DNA from: the human T2T-CHM13v2.0 reference genome, Homo sapiens
Direction: 5' to 3' (one strand)
DNA: 64,000 bases
NCBI RefSeq assembly: GCF_009914755.1
Contig: NC_060933.1
Part shown: one piece after another, positions 1 through 14,500 of the stretch
How the letters are laid out: each line of letters starts with the position of its first letter
Position numbering within the stretch: the first letter of the stretch is position 1
Made by a program: the position numbers and the translations under genes
Notes under the pieces: generated by a model
Seen by the model: only the letters and a program-made list of their open reading frames with translations
Told to the model about the DNA's origin: nothing
Database searches by the model: none

Positions 1-810
1 TGGAACGGAATGGAGTGGAATGGAATGGAATCAACCCGAGTGCAGGAGAATGGAATGGAATGGAATGCAACGGAATGGAATCATCCGGAATGGAATGGAA
101 TGGAATGGAATGCAAAGCAATGGAATCAACTCGATTGCAATGGAATGGAATGGAATGGAAAGGAATACATTGGAATCAACCCGAGTGGAATGGAATGGAA
201 AGGACAGGAATGGAGTGGAATGGAATGGAATGGAATGGAATGGAATCAACTCGATTGGAATGGAATGGAATGGAATGGAATGGAATGGAATTAACCCGAA
301 TAGAATGGAATGGAATGGAATGGAACGGAACGGAACGGAACGGAATGGAATGGAATGGAATGGAATGGAATGGAATGGAATGGAATCAACCCGACTGCAG
401 GGGAATGGAATGGAATGGAATGCAATGGAATGGATTCAACTTGAATGGAATGGAAAGAATGGAATCAACACGAGTGGAATGGCATGGATTGGAATGGAAT
501 GGAATGGAATCAACCCGAGTACAGGGGAATGGAATGGAATGCAATGGAATGGAATCATCCGTAATGGAATGGAAAGGAATGGAATGGAATGGAATGGAAT
601 GGAATGGAATGGAATGGAATGGAATGGAATCAACTCGATTGCAATCGAATGGAATGGAATGGAATTAACCCGAATAGAATGGAATGGAATGGAATGGAAC
701 GGAATGGAATGGAATGGAATGCAATGGAATGGAATGGAACGGAACGGAATGGAATGGAATGGAATCAACGCGAGTGCAGGGGAATGGAATGGAATGGAAT
801 GCAATGGAAT

Positions 811-825
811 GGAATCTTCCGGAAT
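811..825 (+). promoter_or_regulatory. Perfect heat-shock element nGAAnnTTCnnGAAn (GGAATCTTCCGGAAT), first of ~22 copies in the + domain
   Basis: gGAAt-cTTCc-gGAAt matches the canonical three-pentamer HSF site. Other starts: 2534, 2829, 4682, 7177, 8480, 14337, 14965, 17951, 26028, 26941, 29004, 33026, 35244, 35817, 36277, 40142, 40955, 41883 (GGAATATTCC), 42477, 44464 (GGAAACTTCC), 46820. The motif match is direct; binding is inferred. Confidence 0.6.
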
Positions 826-3800
826 GGAATGGAATGGAATGGAATGGAATGGAATGGAGTGGAATCGAATGGAATGAAATGCAATGGATTCAACTCGATT
901 GCAATGGAATGGAATAGAATGGAATGGAATGGAATGGAATGGAATTAATCCGAATAGAATGGAATGGAATGGAATGGAAAGGAATGGAACGGAATGGAAT
1001 GGAATGGAATGGTATGGAATGGAATGGAATGGTACGGAATAGAATGGAATGGAACGAATTGTAATGCAATGGAATTGAATGGAATGGAATGGAATGGAAT
1101 GGAATCAACGCGAGTGCAGGGGAATGTAATGGAACGGAATGCAATGGAATGGAATCATCCGGAATGGAATGGAATGGAATGGAATGGAATGGAATCAACC
1201 CGAGTGCAATGGAATGGAGTGGAATGGAATGGAATGGAATGGAACAACCCGAATGGAATGGAATGTAATGGAGAGTAAGGGAGTTGAATAGAATCAATCC
1301 GAATGTAATGGAATGGAATGCAACGGAATGGAATGGAATGGAATGGAATGGAATGCAATGGAATGGAATCAACCCGAGTACAACGGAATGGAATGGAATG
1401 GAATGGAATGGAATGGAATGGAATGAAATGCAATGATACGGAATAGAATGGAATGGAACGAAATGGAATGGAATGGAATGGAATGGACTGGAATGGAATG
1501 GAATGGAATCGATCCAAGTGGAATATGAGGGAATGTATTCGAGTGGAATGGAAAGGAATGGAATCAACCAGAGTGGAATGGAAGGGAATGGAATGGAATG
1601 GAAACTAATAGAATGGAATCAACCCGAGTGGAATGGAATGGAAAGCACTGGAATGGAATGGAATGGAACGGAATCAACTCGATTGTAATGGAATGGAATG
1701 GAATGGAATGGAATGGAATGGAATGGAGTGGAAAGGAATGGAATCAACACGAGTGCAGGGGAATGGAATGGAATGGAATGAAATGGAATGGAATCATCCG
1801 GAATGGAATGGAATGGAATGGAATGCAAAGCAATGGAATCAACTCGATTGCAATGGAAAGGAATGGAATGGAAAGGAATACATTGGAATCAACCCGACTG
1901 GAATGGAATGGAAAAGACTGGAATGGAGTGGAATGGAATGGAATGGAATGGAATGGAATCAACTCGATTGGAATGGAATGGAATGGAATGGAATGGAAAA
2001 GAATTAACCCGAATAGAATGGAATGGAATGGAATGGAACGGAACGGAATGGAATGGAATAGAATGGAATGGAATGGAATGGAATGGAATAAACCCGACTG
2101 CAGGGGAATGGAATGGAATGGAATGCAATGGAATGGATTCAACTTGAATGGAATGGAAAGAATGGAATCAACACGAGTGGAATGGCATGGATTGGAATGG
2201 AAAGGAATGGAATCAACCCGAGTAAAGGGGAATGGAATGGAATGGAATGCAATGGAATGGAATCATCCGTAATGGAATGGAAAGGAATGGAATGGAATGG
2301 AATGGAATGGAATGGAATGGAATGGAATGGAATCAACTCGATTGCAATCGAATGGAAAGGAATGGAATTAACCCGAATGGAATGGAATGGAATGGAATGG
2401 AACGGAACAGAACGGAATGGAATGGATTGGAATGGAATGGAATGGAATGGAACGGAAAGGAATGGAATGGAATGGAATGGAATGGAATCAACGCGAGTGC
2501 AGGGGAATGGAATGGAATGGAATGCAATGGAATGGAATCTTCCGGAATGGAATGGAATGGAATGGAATGGAATGGAATGGAATGGAATCAACTCGATTGC
2601 AATCGAATGGAATGGAATGGAATTAACCCGAATAGAATGGAATGGAATGGAATGGATCGGAACGGAATGGAATGGAATGGAATGGAATGGAATGGAACGG
2701 AACGGAATGGAATTGAATGGAATGGAATGGAATGGAACGGAACGGAACGGAACGGAATGGAATGGAATGGAATGGAATGGAATCAACGCGAGTGCAGGGG
2801 AATGGAATGGAATGGAATGCAATGGAATGGAATCTTCCGGAATGGAATGGAATGGAATGGAATGAAATGCAATGGATTCAACTCGATTGCAATGGATTGG
2901 AATAGAATGGAATGGAATGGAATGGAATGGAATGGAATGGAATTAACCCGAATAGAATGGAATGGAATGGAATGGAACGGAATGGAACGGAATGGAATGG
3001 AATGGAATGGAATGGAATGGTATGGAATGGAATGGAATGCTACGGAATAGAATGGAATGGAACGAATTGTAATGGAATGGAATGGAATGGAATGGAATGA
3101 AATGGAATGGAATCAACGCGAGTGCAGGGGAATGTAATGGAACGGAATGCAATGGAATGGAATCATCCGGGATGGAATGGAATGGAATGGAATGGAATCA
3201 ACCCGAGTGCAATGGAATGGAGTGGAATGGAATGGAATGGAATGGAACAACCCGAATGGAATGGAATGTAATGGAGAGTAATGGAGTTGAATAGAATCAA
3301 TCCGAATGTAATGGAATGGAATGCAACCGAATGGAATGGAATGCAACCGAATGGAATGGAATGGAATGGAATGGAATGCAATGGAATGGAATCAACCCGA
3401 GTACAATGGAATGGAATGGAATGGAATGGAATGGAATGGAATGGAATGGAATGCCTTCAAACCGAATGGAATGGAAAAGAATGGAATCAACACGAGTGGA
3501 ATGGAATGGAATGGAATGGAATGGAATGGAATGATACGGAATAGAATGGAATGGAACGAAATGGAATGGAATGGAATGGAATGGAATGGAATGGAATGGA
3601 ATCGTTCCGAGTGGAATAGGAGGGAATGTATTCGAGTGGAATGGAAAGGAATGGAATCAACCAGAGTGGAATGGAAGGGAATGGAATGGAATGGAAATTA
3701 ATAGAATGGAATCAACCCGAGTGGAATGGAATGGAAAGGACTGGAATGGAATGGAATGGAATGGAATGGAATGGAATGGAATTAACCCGAATACAATGGA

Positions 3801-4728
3801 ATGGAATGGAATGGAACGGAATGGATTGGAATGGAATGGAATCAACCCGAGTGTAGGGGAATGGAATGGAATGGAATGCAATGGAATGGAATCATCCGGA
3901 ATGGAATGGAATGGAATGGAATGCAAAGCAATGGAATCAACTCGATTGCAATGGAATGGAACGGAAAGGAAAGGAATACATTGGAATCAACCCGAGTGGA
4001 ATGGAATGGAAAGGACTGGAATGGAGTGGAATGGAATGGAATGGAATGGAATGGAATCAACTCGATTGGAATGGAATGGAATGGAATGGAATGGAATGGA
4101 ATGGAATTAACCCGAATAGAATGGAATGGAATGGAATGGAATGGAATGGAACGGAACGGAACGGAATGGAATGGAATGGAATGGAATGGAATCGAATGGA
4201 ATGGAATCAACCCGACTGCAGGGGAATGGAATGGAATGGAATGCAATGGAATGGATTCAACTTGAATGGAATGGAAAGAATGGAATCAACACGAGTGGAA
4301 TGGCATGGATTGGAATGGAATGGAATGGAATCAACCCGAGTACAGGGGAATGCAATGGAATGGAATGCAATGGAATGGAATCATCCGTAATGCAATGGAA
4401 AGGAATGGAATGGAATGGAATGGAATAGAATGGAATGGAATGGAATGGAATCAACTCGATTGCAATCGAATGGAATGGAATGGAATTAACCCGAATAGAA
4501 CGGAATGGAATGGAATGGAACGGAACGCAACGGAATGGAATGGAATGGAATGGAATGGAATGGAATGGAATGGAACGGAAAGGAATGGAATGGAATGGAA
4601 TGGAATGGAATGGAATGGAATGGAATGGAATGGAATCAACGCGAGTGCAGGGGAATGGAATGGAATGGAATGCAATGGAATGGAATCTTCCGGAATGGAA
4701 TGGAATGGAATGGAATGCAATGGAATGG

Positions 4729-4880
4729 AATCAACCCGAGTGCAATCGAATGGAATCGAATGGAATGGAATGCAATGGAATGGACTCAACTTGAATGGAA
4801 TGGAAAGAATGGAATCAACACGAGTGGAAGGGCATGCATTGGAATGCAATGGATTGGAATCAACCCGAGTACAGGGGAAT
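4729..4880 (+). repeat. ~150-bp SatIII module resembling the chr9 pHuR98-type unit (representative copy)
   Basis: AATCAACCCGAGTGCAATCGAATGGAATCG...CAACTTGAATGGAATGGAAAGAATGGAATCAACACGAGTGG...CAACCCGAGTACAGGGG. The leading 30-mer recurs exactly at 6730, 30319, 32849, 40518, 46353 (+) and 50954, 57831, 60363, 63039 (-). The pHuR98/9q12 link is from memory of the commonly used SatIII primer and is not verified. Confidence 0.6.
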
Positions 4881-7800
4881 GGAATGGAATGGAATGCAAT
4901 GGAATGGAATCATCCGTAATGGAATGGAAAGGAATGGAATGGAATGGAATGGAATGGAATCAATACGATTGCAATCGAATGGAATGGAATGGAATGGAAT
5001 GGAATGGAATGATATGGAATAGAATGGAATGGAACAAAATGGAATGGAATGGAATGGAATGGAAGGGAATGGAATGGAATGGAATGGAATGGAATCGTTC
5101 CGAGTGGAATAGGAGGGAATCTATTCGAGTGGAATGGAAAGGAATGGAATCAACCAGAGTGGAATGGAAGGGAAAGGAATGGAGTGGAAACTAATAGAAT
5201 GGAATCAACCCGAGAGGAATGGAATGGAAAGGGCTGGAATGGAAATGAATGGAATGGAATGGAATGCAATGGAATGGAATGGAATGGAATCAACGCGAGT
5301 GCAGGGGAATGGAATGGAACGGAATGCAATGGAATAGAATCATCCGGAATGGAATGGAATGGAATGGAATGGAATGGAATGGTATGGAATCAACCCGAGT
5401 GCAATGGAATGGAGTGGAATGGAATGGAATGGAATGGAACAACCCGAATGGAATGGAATGTAATGGAGAGTAAGGGAGTTGAAAAGAATCAATCCGAATG
5501 TAATGGAATGGAATGGAACGGAATGGAATGGAATGGAATGCAATGGAATGGAATCAACCCGAGTACAATGGAATGAAATGGAATGGAATGGAATGGAATG
5601 GAATGCAATGGAATGGAGTCTTCCGGAATGGAATGGAATGGAATGGAATGGAATGCAATGGATTCAACTCGATTGCAATGGAATGGAATAGAATGGAATG
5701 GAACGGAATGGAATGGAATTAAACCGAATAGAATGGAATGGAATGGAATTAAACCGAATAGAATGGAATGGAATGGAATGGAACGGAACGGAACGGAACG
5801 GAACGGAACGGAGTGGAATGGAATGGAATGGAATTGTATGGAATGGAATGGAATGGTACGGAATAGAATGGAATGGAAAGAATTGGAATGGAATGGAATC
5901 GAATGGAATGGAATGGAATGGAATGGAATCAACCCGAGTGCAGGGGAATGTAATGGAACGGAATGCAATGGAATGAAATCATCCGGAATGGAATGGAATG
6001 GAATGGAATGGAATGGAATGGAATGGAATGGAATCAACCCGAGTGCAATGGAATGGACTCGAATGGAATGGAATGGAATGGAACAACCCGAATGGAATGG
6101 AATGTAATGGACAGTAAGGGAGTTGAATAGAATCAATCCGAATGTAATGGAATGGAACGGAATGGAAAGGAATGGAATGGAATGGAAAGGAATGGAATGC
6201 AATGGAATGGAATCAACGCGAGTACAATGGAACGGAAAGTAATGTAATGTAATGTAATGGAATGGAATGGAATGGAATGGAATGGAATCAACCCGAGTGC
6301 AATGGAATGGAGAGGAATGGAACGGAATGGAATGGAAACTACCCGAATGGAATGGATTGTAATGGAGTGTAAGGGAATTGAATAAAATCAATCCGAATGG
6401 AATGGAATGGAATGGAACGGAATGTAATGGAATGGAATGGAATGGAATCAACCCGAGTGCAGGGGAATGGAATGGAATGGAATCCAATGGAATGGAATCA
6501 TCCGGAATGGAATGGAATGGAATGCAATGGAATGGAAAGAATGGAATCCACCCGAGCACAATGGAATGGAGTGAAATGGAATGGAATGGAATGGAAACAA
6601 CCAGAATGGATTGGAATATAATGGAGTGTAAGGGAATTGAATAGAATCAATCTGAATGTAAAGAAATGGAATGGAACGGAATGGAATGGAATGGAATGGA
6701 ATGGAATGGAATGGAATGCAATGGAATGGAATCAACCCGAGTGCAATCGAATGGAATCGAATGGAATGGAATGCAATGGAATGGATTCAACTTGAATGGA
6801 ATGGAAAGAATGGAATCAAAACGAGTGGAATGGCATGGATTGGAATGGAATGGAATGGAATCAACCCGAGTACAGGGGAATGGAATGGAATGGAATGCAA
6901 TGGAATGGAATCAGCCGTAATGGAAAGGAAAGGAATGGAATGGAATGGAATGGAATGGAATGGAATGGAATCAACTCAATAGCAATCGAATGGAATGGAA
7001 TGGAATTAACCCGAATAGAATGGAATGGAATAGAATGGAACGGAACGGAATGGAATGGAATGTAATGGAATGGAATGGAACGGAACGGAATGGAATGGAA
7101 TGGAATGGAATGGAATGGAATGGAATGGAATCAACGCGAGTGCAGGGGAATGGAATGGAATGGAATGCAATGGAATGGAATCTTCCGGAATGGAATGGAA
7201 TGGAATGGAATGGAATGAAATGCAATGGATTCAACTCGATTGCAATGGAATGGAATAGAATGGAATGGAATGGAATGGAATTAACCCGAATAGAATGCAA
7301 TGGAATGGAATGGAACGGAATGGAACGGAAAGGAATGGAATGGAATGGAATGGAATGGTATGGAATGGAATGGAATGGTACGGAATAGAATGGAATGGAA
7401 TGAATTGTAATGGAATGGAATTGAATGGAATGGAATGGAATGGAATGGAATCAACCCGAGTGCAGGGGAATGTAATGGAACGGAATGCAATGGAATGGAA
7501 TCATCCGGAATGGAATGGAATGGAATGGAATGGAATGGAATCAACCCAATTGCAATGGAATGGACTGGAATGGAATGGAATGGAATGGAACAACCCGAAT
7601 GGAATGGAATGTATTGGAGAGTAAGGGAGTTGAATAGAATCAATCCGAAAGTAATGGAATGGAATGCAACGGAATGGAATGGAATGGAATGGAATGGAAT
7701 GCAATGGAATGGAATCAACCCGAGTACAATGGAATGGAATGGAATGGAATGGAATGGAATGCCTACAAACCGAATGGAATGGAAAGGAATGGAATCAACA

Positions 7801-9030
7801 CGAGTGGAATGGAATGGAATGGAATGGAATGGAATGATACGGAATAGAATGGAATGGAACGAAATGGAATGGAATGGAATGGAATGGAATGGAATCGTTC
7901 CGAGTGGAATAGGAGGGAATGTATTCGAGTGGCATGGAAAGGAATGGAATCAACCAGAGTGGAATGGAAGGGAATGGAATGGAATGGAAACTAATAGAAT
8001 GGAATCAATCCGAGTGGAATGGAATGGAAAGGACTGGAATGGAAAGGAATGGAATGGAATGGAATGAAATGGAATGGAATGGAATGGAATCAACGCGAGT
8101 GAAGGGGAATGGAATGGAATCGAATGGAATGGAATGGAATGGAATGGAAGCAACCCGAGTGCAGGGGAATGTAATGGAATGGAATGCAATGGAATGGAAT
8201 CATCCGGAATGGAATGGAATGGAATGGAATGGAATCAACCCGAGTGCAATGGAATGGAGTGGAATGGAATGGAATGGAATGGAACAACCCGAATGGAATG
8301 GAATGTAATGGAGAGTAAGGGAGTTGAAAAGAATCAACCCGAATGTATTGGAATGGAATGGAACGGAATGGAATGGAATGGAATGGAATGGAATGGAATG
8401 GAATGCAATGTAATGGAATCAAACCGAGTACAATGGAATGGAATGGAATGGGATGGAATGGAATGGAATGCAATGGAATGGAATCTTCCGGAATGGAATA
8501 GAATGGAATGGAATGGAATGGAATGGAATGGAATGCAATGCATTCAACTCGATTGCAATGGAATGGAATAGAATGGAATGGAATGGAATGGAATGGAATG
8601 GAATTAAACCGAATAGAATGGAATGGAATGGAATGGAACGGAACGGAACGGAAAGGAAGGGAATGGAATGGAATAGAATGGAATGGAATGGAATAGAATG
8701 GAATCAACTCGATTCCAATGGAATGGAATGGAATAGAACGGAATGGAATTAACACGAATAGAATGGAATGGAATGGAATGGAACGGAATGGAATGGAATG
8801 GAATGGATTCAACTCTATTGCAATGGAATGAAATAGAATGGAATGGAATGGAATGGAATGGAATTAACCCGAGTAGAATGGAATGGAATGGAATGGAACG
8901 GAATGTAATGGAATAGAATGGAATTGAATCAACCTGAGTGCAGGGGAATGGAATGGAATGGAAAGCAATGGAATGGAATCATCAGGAATGGAATGGAATG
9001 GAATGGTATGGAATGGAATGGAATGGAATG

Positions 9031-9375
9031 GAATCAACTCGATTTCAATGGAATGGAATGGAATAGAATGGAATGGAATTAACACGAATAGAATGGATTG
9101 GAATGCAATGGAATGGATCGGAAAGGAATGGAATGGAATGGAATGGAATCAACTCGATTTCAATGGAATGGAATGGAATAGAATGGAATGGAATTAACAC
9201 GAATAGAATGGATTGGAATGCAATGGAATGGATCGGAAAGGAATGGAATGGAATGGAATGGAATCAACTCGATTTCAATGGAATGGAATGGAATAGAATG
9301 GAATGGAATTAACACGAATAGAATGGATTGGAATGGAATGGAATGGAACGGAAAGGAATGGAATGGAATGGAATG
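9031..9375 (+). repeat. Tandem triplication of a 115-bp sub-unit
   Basis: CAACTCGATTTCAATGG starts at 9035, 9150 and 9265, each followed by TTAACACGAATAGAATGGATTGG. The first two copies also share GCAATGGAATGGATCGGAAAGG. Confidence 0.9.
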
Positions 9376-9849
9376 GAATCAACCCAAGTGCAGGGGAATG
9401 GAATGGAATGGAATTCAGTGGAATGGAATCATCCGGAATGGAATGGAATGGAATGGAATGGAATGGAAAGGAATCAACCCGAGTGCAATGGAATGGAGAG
9501 GAATGGAATGGAATGGAATGGAATGGATTCAACTCGATTGCAATGGAATGGAATGGAATGGAATGGAATGGAATGGAATGGAATTAACCCGAATAGAATG
9601 GAATGGAATGGAATGGAAAGGAAGGTAATGGAATGGAATGGAATGGAATCAACTCGATTCCAATGGAATGGAATGCAATGGAATGGAATGGAATGGAATG
9701 GAATCAACCTGAGTGCAGGGGAATGGAATGGAATGGAATGCAATGGAATGGAATCATCAGGAATGGAATGGAATGGAATGGAATGGAATGGAATGGAATG
9801 GAATGGAATCAACTCGTTTTCAATGGAATGGAATGGAGTGGACTGGAAT

Positions 9850-11510
9850 GGAATGGAATGTAAACAACCGGAATGGAATGGAATGTAATGGAGTGTAAGG
9901 GAATTGAATGGAATCAATCCGAATGCAATGGAATGGAATGGAAAGGAATGGAATTGAATGGAATGGAATGGAATGGAATCAACCCGAGTGTAATGGAATG
10001 GAATCGAAAGGAATGGAAAGGAATGGAATGGATTCAACACCAATGTAATGGAAAGGAATGGAATCAACCCGAGTGGAATGGCATGGAATGGAATGGAAAG
10101 GAATGGAATGGAATGGTACAGAACGGAGTGGATTGGAACGAAATGGAATGGAATGGAATAGAATGGAATCAACTCGATTGCAATGGAATGGAATGGAATG
10201 GAATGGAATAGAATGGAATGGAATTAACCCGAATAGATTGGAATGGAATGGAATGGAATCAACCCGAGTACAGGGGAATGGAATGGAATGGAATGCAATA
10301 GAATGGAATCATCCGTAAAGGAATGGAAAGGAATGGAATGGAATGGAAAGGAATGGAATAGAATGGAATTGAATGGAATGGAATCAACTCGATTGCAATA
10401 GAATGGAATGGAATGGAATTAACCCGAATAGAATGGAATGGAATGGAATGGAACGGAACGGAATGGAATGGAATGGAATGGAACGGAACGGAATGGAATG
10501 GAAAAGAATGGAATGGAATGGAATGGACTGGAATGGAATCAACGCGAGTGCAGTGGAATGGAATGGAATCGAATGCAATGGAATGGTATGTTCCGGAATG
10601 GAATGGAATGGAATGCAATGGAATGGAATGGAATGCAATGGATTCAACTCGATTGCAATGGAATGGAATAGAATGGAATGGAATGGAATGGAATGGAATC
10701 AACCCGAATAGAATGGAATGGAATGGAATGGAACGGAACGGAATGTAACGGAACAGAATGGAATGGAATGCAATGGAATGGAATGGAATGGTATGGAATG
10801 GAATGGAATGGTACGGAATAGAATGGAATGGAATGAATTGGAATGGAATGGAATCGAGTGGAATGCAATGGAATCAACCCGAGTGCAGGGGAATGTATTG
10901 GAACGGAATGCAATGGAATGGAATCATCCGCAATGGAATGGAATGGAATGGAATGGAATGGAATGGAATGAAACCGAGTGCAATGGAATGGAGTGGAATG
11001 GAATGGAATGGAATGTAAACAACCCGAATGGAATGGAATATAATGGAGTGTAAGGGAATTGAATGGAATCAATCCGAATGCAATGGAATGGAATGGAAAG
11101 GAATGGAATTGAATGGAATGGAATGGAATGGAATCAACCCGAGTGCAATGGAATGGAATCGAAAGGAATGGAAAGGAATGGAATGGATTCAACACCAATG
11201 TAATGGAATGGAATGGAATCAACCCGAGTGGAATGGCATGGAATGGAATGGAAACGAATGGAATGGAATGGTACAGAACGGAATGGATTGGAACGAAATG
11301 GAATGGAATGGAATGGAATGGAATGGAATGGAATGGAATGGAATGGAATGGAATCAACTCGATTGCAATCGAATGGAATGGAATGGAATAGAATGGAATG
11401 GAATTAACCCGAATAGATTGGAAAGGAATGGAATGGAATCAACCCGAGTACAGGGGAATGGAATGGAATGGAATGCAATGGAATGGAATCATCCGTAAAG
11501 GAATGGAAAG
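9850..11510 (+). repeat. Direct duplication of a ~0.5-kb block (about 9850-10330 and 11005-11510), offset 1155-1180 bp
   Basis: Shared private markers TAAACAACC (9861/11016), CAACACCAATG (10035/11190), GTACAGAACG (10116/11271), CATCCGTAAAGG (10310/11490). Confidence 0.85.
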
Positions 11511-14500
11511 GAATGGAATGGAATGGAATGGAATGGAATGGAATGGAATCAATGCGAGTGCAGGGGAATGGAATGGAATGGAATGCAATGGAATGGAATC
11601 TTCCGTAATAGAATGGAATGGAATGGAATGGAATGGAATGGAATGGAATGGAATGCATTCAACTCGATTGCAATGGAATGGAATGGAATGGAATAGAATG
11701 GAATGGAATGGAATTAACCCGAATAGAATGGAATGGAATGGAATGGAAAGGAAGATAATGGAATGGAATGGAATGGAATCAACCCGAGTGCAGGGGAATG
11801 GAATGGAATGGAATGCAATGGAATGGAATCGTCCGGAATGGAATGCAATGGAATGGAATGGAATGCAATGGAATGGAATCATCCGGAATGGAATGGAATG
11901 GAATGGAATGGAATGGAATGGAATAAACTCGATTCCAATGGAATGGAATGGAATAGAACGGAATGGAATTAACACGAATAGAATGGAATGGAATGGAATG
12001 GAACGGAATGGAATGGAATGGAATGGATTCAACTCGATTGCAATGGAATGAAATAGAATGGAATTGAATGGAATGGAATGGAATTAACCAGAATAGAATG
12101 GAATGGAATGGAATGGAACGGAATGTAATGGAATAGAATGGAATGGAATCAACCTGAGTGCAGGGGAATGGAATGGAATGGAATGCAATGGAATGGAATC
12201 ATCAGGAATGGAATGGAATGGAATGGAATGGAATGGAATGGAATCAACTCGATTTCAATGGAATGGAATGGAATAGAATGGAATGGAATTAACACGAATA
12301 GAATGGATTGGAATGGAATAGAATGGAACGGAAAGGAATGGAATGGAATGGAATGGAATCAACCCAATTGCAGGGGAATGGAATGGAATGGAATTCAGTG
12401 GAATGGAATGATCCGGAATGGAATGGAATGGAATGGAATGGAATGGAATGGAATGGAATCAACGCGAGTGCAATGGAATGGAGAGGAATGGAATGGAATG
12501 GAATGGAAACTACCCGAATGGAATGGAATGTAATGGAGTGTAAGGGAATTGAATAGAATCAATCCGAATGTAATGGAATGGAATGAAACGGAATGGAATG
12601 AAATGGAATGGAATGGAATGGAATGGAATGCAATGGAATGGAATAAACCCGAGTGCAATCGAATGGAATCGAATGGAATGGAATGCAATGGAATGGATTC
12701 AACTTGAATGGAATGGAAAGAATGGAATCAACATGAGTGGAATGGCATGGATTGGAATGGAATGGAATGGAATCAACCCGAGTACAGGGGAATGGAATGG
12801 AATGGAATGGAATGCAATGGAATGGAATCATCCGTAATGGAATGGAAAGGAATGGAATGGAATGGAATGGAATGGAATGGAATGGAATCAACACGATTGC
12901 AATCGAATGGAATGGAATGGAATTAACCCGAATAGAATGGAATGGAATGGTATGGAACGGAACGGAATGGAATGGAATGGAATGGAATGGAACGGAACGG
13001 AACGAAATGGAATGGAATGGAATGGAATGGAATGGACTGGAATGGAATCAACGTGAGTGCAGGGGAATGGAATGGAATGGAATGCAATGGAATGGTATGT
13101 TCCGGAATGGAATGGAATGGAATGGAATGGAATGGAATGGAATGGAATGGAATCGAACGGTATAGAATGGAATGGAACGAAATGCAATGGAATGGAATGG
13201 AATGGAATGGAATGGAAAGGAATGGAAACGTTCCGAGTGGAATAGGAGGGAATGTATTCGAGTGGAATGGAAAGGAATGGAATCAACCAGCGTGGAATGG
13301 AAGGGAATGGAAAGGAATGGAAACTAATAGAATGGAATCAACCCGAGTGGAATGGAATGGAAAGGACTGAATGGAATGGAATGGAATGGAATGGAATGGA
13401 ATCAACTCGATTGTAATGGAATGGAATGGAATGGAATGGAATGGAATGGAATGGAATTAACCCGAATACAATGGAATGGAATGGAATGGAACTGAATGGA
13501 GTGGAATGGAATGGAATCAACCCGAGAGCAGGGGAATGGAAAGGAATGGAATGCAATGGAAAGGAATCATCCGGAATGGAATGGAAAGGAATAGAATGGA
13601 ATCAACCCGAGTGGAATGGAATGGAAAGGACTGGAATGGAGTGGAAGGAAATGGAATGGAATGGAATGGAATCAACTCAATTGGAATGGAATGGAATGGA
13701 ATGGAATGGAATGGAAAGGAATTAACCCGAATAGAATGGAATGGAATGGAATGGAACGGAATGGAATGGAATGGAATGGAATGGAATGGAATGGAATCAA
13801 CTCGACTGCAGGGGAATGGAATGGAATGGAATGCAATGGAATGGAATCATCCGGAACGGAATGGAATGGAATGGAATGGAATCAACTCGATTGCAATGGA
13901 ATGGAATGGAATGGAATGGAATGGAATGGAATGGAATTAACACGAATAGAATGGAATGGAATGGAATGGAAAGGAATGGAAGGGAATGGAATGGAATGTA
14001 ATCAACCCGAGTGCAGGGGAATGGAATGGAATGGAATGCAATTGAATGCAATCATCCGCAATGGAATGGAATGCAATGGAATGCAATCAACCCGATGCAA
14101 TGGAATGGAGTGGAATGGAATAGAATGGAATGGAATGGAATCAACTCGATTGCAATCGAATGGAATGGAATGGAATTAACCCGAATAGAATGGAATGGAA
14201 TGGAACGGAACGGAACGGAACGGAATGGAATGGAATGGAATGGAATGGAATGGAACGGAACGGAATGGAATGGAATGGAATGGAATGGAATTAACGCGAG
14301 TGCAGGGGAATGGAATGGAATGGAATGCAATGGAATGGAATCTTCCGGAATGGAATGGAATGGAATGGAACAACCCGAATGGAATGGAATGTAATGGAGA
14401 GTAAGGGAGTTGAATAGAATCAATCCGAATGTAATGGAATGGAATGGAACGGAATGCAATGGAATGGAATGGAATGGAATGGAATCAACCCGAGTACAAT

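Noticed and set aside
3603-3636. AGGAGG Shine-Dalgarno-like motif just before ATG in GGAATAGGAGGGAATGTATTCG
   Set aside because: It is a diverged pentamer word repeated about 20 times in eukaryotic satellite. The spacing is too short and the downstream ORF is repeat-derived.
8411-8421. TAATGGAATCA matching a loose DUX4 consensus (also near 30084, 31620, 32972, 45154)
   Set aside because: The copies are few and scattered, each one substitution from the background GAATGGAATCA, and are expected by chance.
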